Assembly (NCBI GenBank): GCA_951406725.2
Contig: OX597821.1
Location: 64,046,001 to 64,110,000, forward strand
Origin: Octopus vulgaris
Taxonomy: Eukaryota
Length of the DNA: 64,000 nucleotides
Direction of reading: 5' to 3'
A program made the translations under genes and the position numbers. Positions 56,123 to 64,000 of this stretch are shown here, in pieces. Numbering within the stretch: position 1 is the stretch's first letter; each line of letters begins with the position of its first letter. The notes under the pieces were generated by a model, which was not told where the DNA came from, searched no databases, and saw nothing but the letters and a program-made list of their open reading frames with translations.

Positions 56123-58011
56123 GCCACAAAGTAGAGGAACCATGGTGTAACCCACTATGATGTGGTAAAAAGTTTTGAGACCCTAGTCTACATTGCGAAT
56201 CCTCTGTACCCCAGGATGGTTCAGCTCTCCATCCGTTAAAAGCCACCGTTTACGGAATGAGGATAACAACGTAGCTTTTGCACCCGTGCAACCGCCAGTC
56301 TATCGCGTGTGGTGGGTGGATCTTCAAGTTGCCACACGCATTCTTAGTAGCTTAGAGTAGGCTCGAATTAGAGATTATTCTTTGTGGCTAATGGCGTGAG
56401 TCCTGATTGGAAGAAGAAGAAGAAGAAGAAGAAGAAGAAGGAGGAGAAGGAGAAGAAGAAGAAGAACAGCAGCTGCTTCTATTGTTGTTGCTATTCTGGT
56501 TGTTGCTGATGTTTAGCTCTAGATCATTTTTAATTGATCAAGTTTATGATCTAAATATTCCCAGCAGCGGCCAGCCAGTCCATTTACTTGTATTTCAGGA
56601 ATACCTAACACATAGCTTAATACATCTTTTCTGTTTTTTTCTTTTTTTACGACAAAGCAGTATGAATTGAGGTGAGGGGGATCTTGCTGCTCTTTCTAAA
56701 AGATTAACCACGTATAGGCTCCTTTGTTGTTCCTTTTAACTAGCTGTTCTTGTTGCATAGTGCTTGGTCTATCCTGAATGTGGAAACCTATGATAAAAGG
56801 TGATCCATTTTGTAAGCATATTGCCATTTTGTAAGCATATCATCCCTACAGAGAAAAAAATATTGAACGTGCATGCTCTCGACATCTTTACTATTCGATA
56901 TAAATTCCAAACTTTCAAATTGCCTTAAATTAACTTCGTGAAGAAATAATTGTCTCCCCTAAAATAATTAGTTATTAGAGTCACACCGCGTATTTCTACA
57001 ACTATATCTCGAAAATTCCCACTCCTTGTTGTCACAAGAGAAGAGTTGATAAGTGATTCGAGTGTGATTTGGTTGTTGTTTCTATGAGGTCATATAAGAT
57101 TGCTTTGATACCCTCTCATTGTCTCTCGAGCTAAAAGTATGGAGCGTTAAATTACCGAGATAACGGTAAGTGAATGATGATGTTCAGATATGAATGACAT
57201 CTTTTACCCGTGGGATTTCGGTACGGAAAGCTATTGAATCAGTTATCACTTCCAAAATACTACTGTAACACACAACGCTTAATTACACTACTTGAAGTAA
57301 TTAACAACTAACTGACAGAAAGCTAAAAGCTTAATCAGAAATATCGATAAGGTTCGTTTCTCATTTCTGCTTTACGCGGAATTAACTGCATCAGTAATCG
57401 CTCCAGTTAATTTAACTCCCACTCGGCTATCATCGAATAGACTTATTATCAAACGTGATTCAGCTTTGACGATGATCCAGCATTTCTAGGAATATCAAGC
57501 AACAATTGACTTACTTGTCCCTACTCTATTTTCTAAGATGGCAGGGTATGAATTTAGGATTTGGCTGCTCTTTTTAAAGAATCGAGCGTCTGTATATTAT
57601 TTATTGTTAAGTAAAAAAAAATGCGAAGTGACTTAATCTTCTAGTATTTAACTTGGTCGTATTAGGCCCAAAAATATTCTACCTGCTCTATGTCCGAACC
57701 GATCAGATCTAGTTTCTCACGTCTGCTCAACAGCGCCTTTTTAAAAATGCCAATACCTATTGACATCATTGAAATCTCGAAGCCATGAGATAAATCATGA
57801 TTAATTCAAACACAATATAAATAAATAGGCATTACATTTGAAAGAAGGAATCTGAATGCTAAAGGGTTAAAGTGATTAGTTAAGTTAATAAGTGATTTGT
57901 GATTTTAAGTATATGGGATATGCGTGCTGATAAATGTAGGCGATATGCGAAGTGTTAATTGTATGGAAGGTTCGTAGTGTTTAAGTGTGGGAGACGAGAA
58001 GTATGTTGTGT

Positions 58012-58472
58012 AGATGTGGCTATGTGGTTAAGTAGCTCTCTTTGCAGCCACGTAGTTTTGAGTTCGGTCCCACTGTGCGGCACCTTGAGTTTGTGCTTTC
58101 TAGTGTACACTCGACTCGATTGATGCTTTGCGAGTTAATTTGGAAGGCGGAAACCGTGTGGAAGCCCACCGTGTATATATACCTATGTATGTGTGAGTGT
58201 GTGCGCGCGCACATGCATGTGTGTGAGCGTGAGTATGGGCGTGTGTGTGTGTGTGTGTGTTTGTCACCCCTATCACGTGACAACCGTTATTGGTTTGTTT
58301 ACGTTCCCTCAACTTAGCAGTTCGGCAAAACTAGTTGATAGAACAAGTAACAGATTTAAAATTTTTAAAACCAAATAAGCACTGGGAGTCGATTTGTTCG
58401 ATTTAAACCCTTTTAAGATGGAACCCCAGCATGGCCGCAGTCAAATAACTGAAAGAAGTAAAGGATAAAAAG
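58012..58472 (+). mobile_element. Full-length SINE family S2 with an internal (TG)n tract
   Basis: Head tggctatgtggttaag..gagttcggtccc; tail ccccagcatggccgcagtcaaataactgaaagaagtaaagg. Confidence 0.8.
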
Positions 58473-59711
58473 AAAATATAAATGTTAAAAAAGCGATGGC
58501 GCTGCACAGATATCGCTTCTCGTTAAAGACATTGCAATGATCATAGATACAAGATCAGTTGCTGCATTTCATGTTGCTACATTTGATAAAACGTAACAGC
58601 TCACTGTTTGAAGACCACCTAGCGAAGGAAACTCTATGTAGCCGCCTTTGGACATGCTAGATATAGCAGTCAAATCTTCTTCAAATCGCATGTCCTTTTT
58701 AAAGTCATGTTAACCAGACAAGATTTAATGTTAATTGCACAATAACTGTTCCTAGCTGAGAGGTATTTGAATGGACAAAGCTGCCTGTTCTGGGCCAAAT
58801 TAGGGCTAAAAAGCATCAACAACTATTTGATTACAGATAAGTGAAGTGGGTCGTTGAATTCAAACGTTCTTTATGATAGGCACAAAACTGTGTTTACACC
58901 AGGATTCGAACCATCGAGGTTATTGAACATTGCTCGGTATCCTATGCTTTCATTTGAGTGTATAAACCGTGTTTAATGATTTTAATACATTTTGGAGGTG
59001 TCTCCATGCTTATTTATTATTTATCATATCATTTATTACTTATATCATTTATTATTTATTTATGCTATTTATTAATGTTTCCATCGAATTATTTTTCTCT
59101 ACAAAATGTCTTGTTTTTAATTCTACATGCGTGTATGTATGTATGTGTGCAAGTGTGTTAGCTTGTATTTTATGTTATTGTGTGTGTGTGTGCGTGTGTG
59201 CTTTTATTTATATCTTTTATTTATATTTATTAGTCCGGAATATACTGGAAGACAGCTTTGTGGAAGATTATTAAATTTTGATTGCCTATTTTAATATATC
59301 AATATTTTTTGAAACTTTTTCAGTCATTTCTTTTTGTTTTTACTATTAAGATTTTCAATATTTTCATAATCTATTCTATCATTTTTTTATCACTTCTTAT
59401 GCGATTTGTGAGGAAAATCTATTACTATAAAAAAAATCTATTATTGTTTTTTTTGTCTTTAATGTAATATCTATGAAAATAAAATATGTTTGTAAATAGT
59501 TATCAATTTTTCTATCTGACATACATATCTGTCTCACCAACGAAATATATTAAAGTAAAATTTAACAATAATTTGATAATCTACAAACCTGCAAACATAA
59601 GCACACATGAACACACACACACACACACACACAGAAACATACCTACATACATGAAAAGTGTATATTATATCATATACATACATATATATATATATATATA
59701 TAACGATAAAC

Positions 59712-59983
59712 GTCACCCTTTTCAAGCCTAGCCAGGCTCATTGGGTCCCCCACCCCCAGCTGGACGGAACGCCAGTCCATCGCAGCGTTACTCAAGAAAC
59801 AGGAAGAGAGAGTGAGAGAAAGTTGTGGCGAAAGAGCACAACAGGGGTCGCCAGCAGCCCCTGCCGGAGCCTCGTTGAGCTTCTAGGTGCTTTCGCTCAA
59901 TAAACACACACAACGCCCGGGCTGGGAATCGAAACCGCGATCCTCCGACCGCGAGTCCGCTGCCCTAACCATTGCGCCTCCAC
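59712..59983 (-). mobile_element. tRNA-derived SINE family S4
   Basis: Minus strand: gtggaggcgcaatggttagggcagcggactcgcggtc..ggtttcgattcccag. Confidence 0.82.
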
Positions 59984-60485
<502 letters not shown>

Positions 60486-60626
60486 ATATAGAGGGCATTA
60501 TACATACATGCCAGAGGGCATTATACATACATGCCACACGCTAAGAGGGACAATTAGTCATTTCTACCAAAAATATTACTAATCCCACCGAATGCAATTT
60601 TTCAAAGTAAGACATTTAAAAAATAT

Positions 60627-60674
60627 AGACCTGTATCACAGTGATTTCATACTTACGTATTCATCAGCAGGCCT
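60627..60674 (-). ncRNA. Predicted type-I hammerhead ribozyme (H5, unit 1)
   Basis: AGGCCUG-CUGAUGA-AUAC(GUAA)GUAU-GAA-AUCAC(U)GUGAU-A^-CAGGUCU; core intact. Confidence 0.88.
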
Positions 60675-61102
60675 GAATGTATCATAAATAAACGACCCTG
60701 CCCCGCTTAAGTCGATCAGCTAACTGATCAACATCAACGAAGCACATGGGTGAGTTTACATATATTACATCCTGTAAATGGCATACTTTTACGAATTGCA
60801 TTTCGGGAAAGGAAAAGTTTTTTCGGAATAAAAATTTAGCAATTAAGGACAACTACTTAATAAGGAAAACTTAACAAGAAATTGTCAGGTAGATAGCGTG
60901 AAAACCTCGTAAGAGAATAAATTTCGAAAATAATTATTTCTTATTGAACATATTAATTTATATATAGAGGGCATTATACATACATGCCAGAGGGCATTAT
61001 ACATACATGCCACAAGCTAAGAGGGACAATTAGTCATTTCTACCAAAAATATTACTAATCCCACAGAATGCAATTTTTCAAAGTAAGACATTTAAAAAAT
61101 AT

Positions 61103-61150
61103 AGACCTGTATCACAGTGATTTCATACTTACGTATTCATCAGCAGGCCT
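61103..61150 (-). ncRNA. Predicted type-I hammerhead ribozyme (H5, unit 2)
   Basis: Identical motif 476 bp further on. Confidence 0.88.
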
Positions 61151-61578
61151 GAATGTATCATAAATAAACGACCCTGCCCCGCTTAAGTCGATCAGCTAAC
61201 TGATCAACATCAACGAAGCACATGGGTGAGTTTACATATATTACATCCTGTAAATGGCATACTTTTACGAATTGCATTTCGGGAAAGGAAAAGTTTTTTC
61301 GGAATAAAAATTTAGCAATTAAGGACAACTACTTAATAAGGAAAACTTAACAAGAAATTGTCAGGTAGATAGCGTGAAAACCTCGTAAGAGAATAAATTT
61401 CGAAAATAATTATTTCTTATTGAACATATTAATTTATATATAGAGGGCATTATACATACATGCCAGAGGGCATTATACATACATGCCACACGCTAAGAGG
61501 GACAATTAGTCATTTCTACCAAAAATATTACTAATCCCACCGAATGCAATTTTTCAAAGTAAAACATTTAAAAAATAT

Positions 61579-61626
61579 AGACCTGTATCACAGTGATTTC
61601 ATACTTACGTATTCATCAGCAGGCCT
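61579..61626 (-). ncRNA. Predicted type-I hammerhead ribozyme (H5, unit 3)
   Basis: Identical motif 952 bp further on. Confidence 0.88.
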
Positions 61627-61830
61627 GAATGTATCATAAATAAACGACCCTGCCCCGCTTAAGTCGATCAGCTAACTGATCAACATCAACGAAGCCCATG
61701 GGTGAGTTTACATATATTACATCCTGTAAATGGCATACTTTTACGAATTGCATTTCGGGAGGAAAAGTTTTTTCGGAATAAAAATTTAGCAATTAAGGAC
61801 AAATACTTAATAAGGAAAACTTAACAAGAA

Positions 61831-62890
<1,060 letters not shown>

Positions 62891-63084
62891 GCTGTTTTCC
62901 AAAATAGAGGCGAACACCTTTCTCCATATGATCGGGTTGTAAAATTGTTAAGGCACTAGGATCTTTTCCTACATTTCTTAATATGAACTAACGGTACACT
63001 TACTTCACAAATAAAGAAATTATATCCACCAATGCAGTACTAAGCACTCATTTTTCTCGTCCGACATTTACACACACGCTTATA

Positions 63085-63293
63085 CAGGGTGGCCCCAAAG
63101 TAGGTTTACGGTTATTCAACTATCTCTTTCGCATTCATATATTAACAGTTTAGCTCTTAATTATAAAAAAATATATGAAACCATTATTCTAGTTTAGTTA
63201 ATTGTAAAACAGAAATTTAAATGTAATAAAATGTTTTAAAAGAAATTTAAAGTGCTTACATGATAACAGTAAACCTACTTTGGGGCCGCACTA
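63085..63293. mobile_element. Tc1/mariner-type MITE (~209 bp)
   Basis: TIRs cagggtggccccaaagtaggtttac.gttat / ataacagtaaacctactttggggccgcact; TA flanks. Confidence 0.82.
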
Positions 63294-63310
63294 TATATAT
63301 ATATATATAA

Positions 63311-63341
<31 letters not shown>

Positions 63342-63356
63342 AATACATACATATAA

Positions 63357-63401
<45 letters not shown>

Positions 63402-63406
<5 letters not shown>

Positions 63407-63580
63407 GGCACAAGGGCAGCAATTTGGGGCGCAGAGGTAAGTCGATAACATTGACCACCAGTACTTAGCTACTGCTTATTTCATCGACCCCAAAAGAATA
63501 AAAGGCAAAGTTGACCTCGGCGTTATTCGAACTCAGAACGTAAAAGCGGACGAAATGCCGCTAAGCATTTTGTCTGGTGT
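63402..63580 (-). mobile_element. SINE S1 copy
   Basis: ttttggcacaagggcagcaattt...aaaggcaaagttgacctcggc...gaactcagaacg. Confidence 0.75.
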
Positions 63581-64000
63581 ACCCCAGTAATGAACTCATT
63601 TGCATACAGCCAATCAGAGCTCACCTTGACCTTGTTGTCAAGTTAACAAACTCAAGACGAAAAAGGGTGTTGTAAGTCGACTGATCGCTAAGTTATGCCT
63701 GGTCTTAGAAGGAGACAAGTTATTAAATTGATTTGCATCTATACCTATAATCGGATTTTATTAGGGCCCCATATGGTTAAGATGTTGATGGGAAAAAATG
63801 TGGGTAGAGGGTGATGTTCTAGCAACCCTCTCTCCTTGCTGTTTTACAAAGTAAACAACAACACAAATAACTTCGCAGAGGCAGCCATGGTTGAAACAAG
63901 AACAAGAACAACAAGCATTATTAAAAGAATAAAGAATCATGGTCGTTCCTTACCCAAGTGACCCTGTCTTATTGCCTATCACTTGTTATGCGCTCATAAA

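Larger units (their letters stand above)
60479..61832 (-). repeat. 476-bp tandem array (~2.8 units), one hammerhead per unit; retrozyme-like family H5
   Basis: Unit-start gagggcatta at 60491, 60967 and 61443. Units differ by only a few substitutions and a 2-nt deletion; each has an internal 23-bp duplication. Confidence 0.92.

Noticed and set aside
60479-61832. CRISPR array or LTR-pair interpretation of the direct repeats
   Set aside because: Whole units repeat with no unique spacers, no cas genes, and no TG..CA termini or internal domain.

Overview
Repeat-saturated, AT-rich eukaryotic (animal) non-coding DNA, most likely from an octopod cephalopod (inferred from the SINE families and the density of TA/GATA/TAA microsatellites). 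I found no credible host gene; nearly all listed ORFs are microsatellite translations. Real coding remnants are five CR1-group LINE fragments in two families, an R4/Dong-type retrotransposon fragment sitting in (TAA)n, and an internally deleted mariner. There are also many tRNA-derived SINEs, several MITEs and Helentron/Helitron-like elements. The main hidden signal is a set of nine predicted type-I hammerhead ribozyme (HHR) motifs in five repeat families. These include a 476-bp tandem array with one intact HHR per unit (retrozyme-like, 60.5-61.8 kb) and a TSD-flanked mobile unit joining a tRNA/Pol III head to a minimal HHR (28.2 and 45.1 kb). Also visible are a SINE/LINE pair sharing a 3' tail and SINE multimers that duplicate flanking DNA. 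All folds were done by eye and no ribozyme activity is shown.
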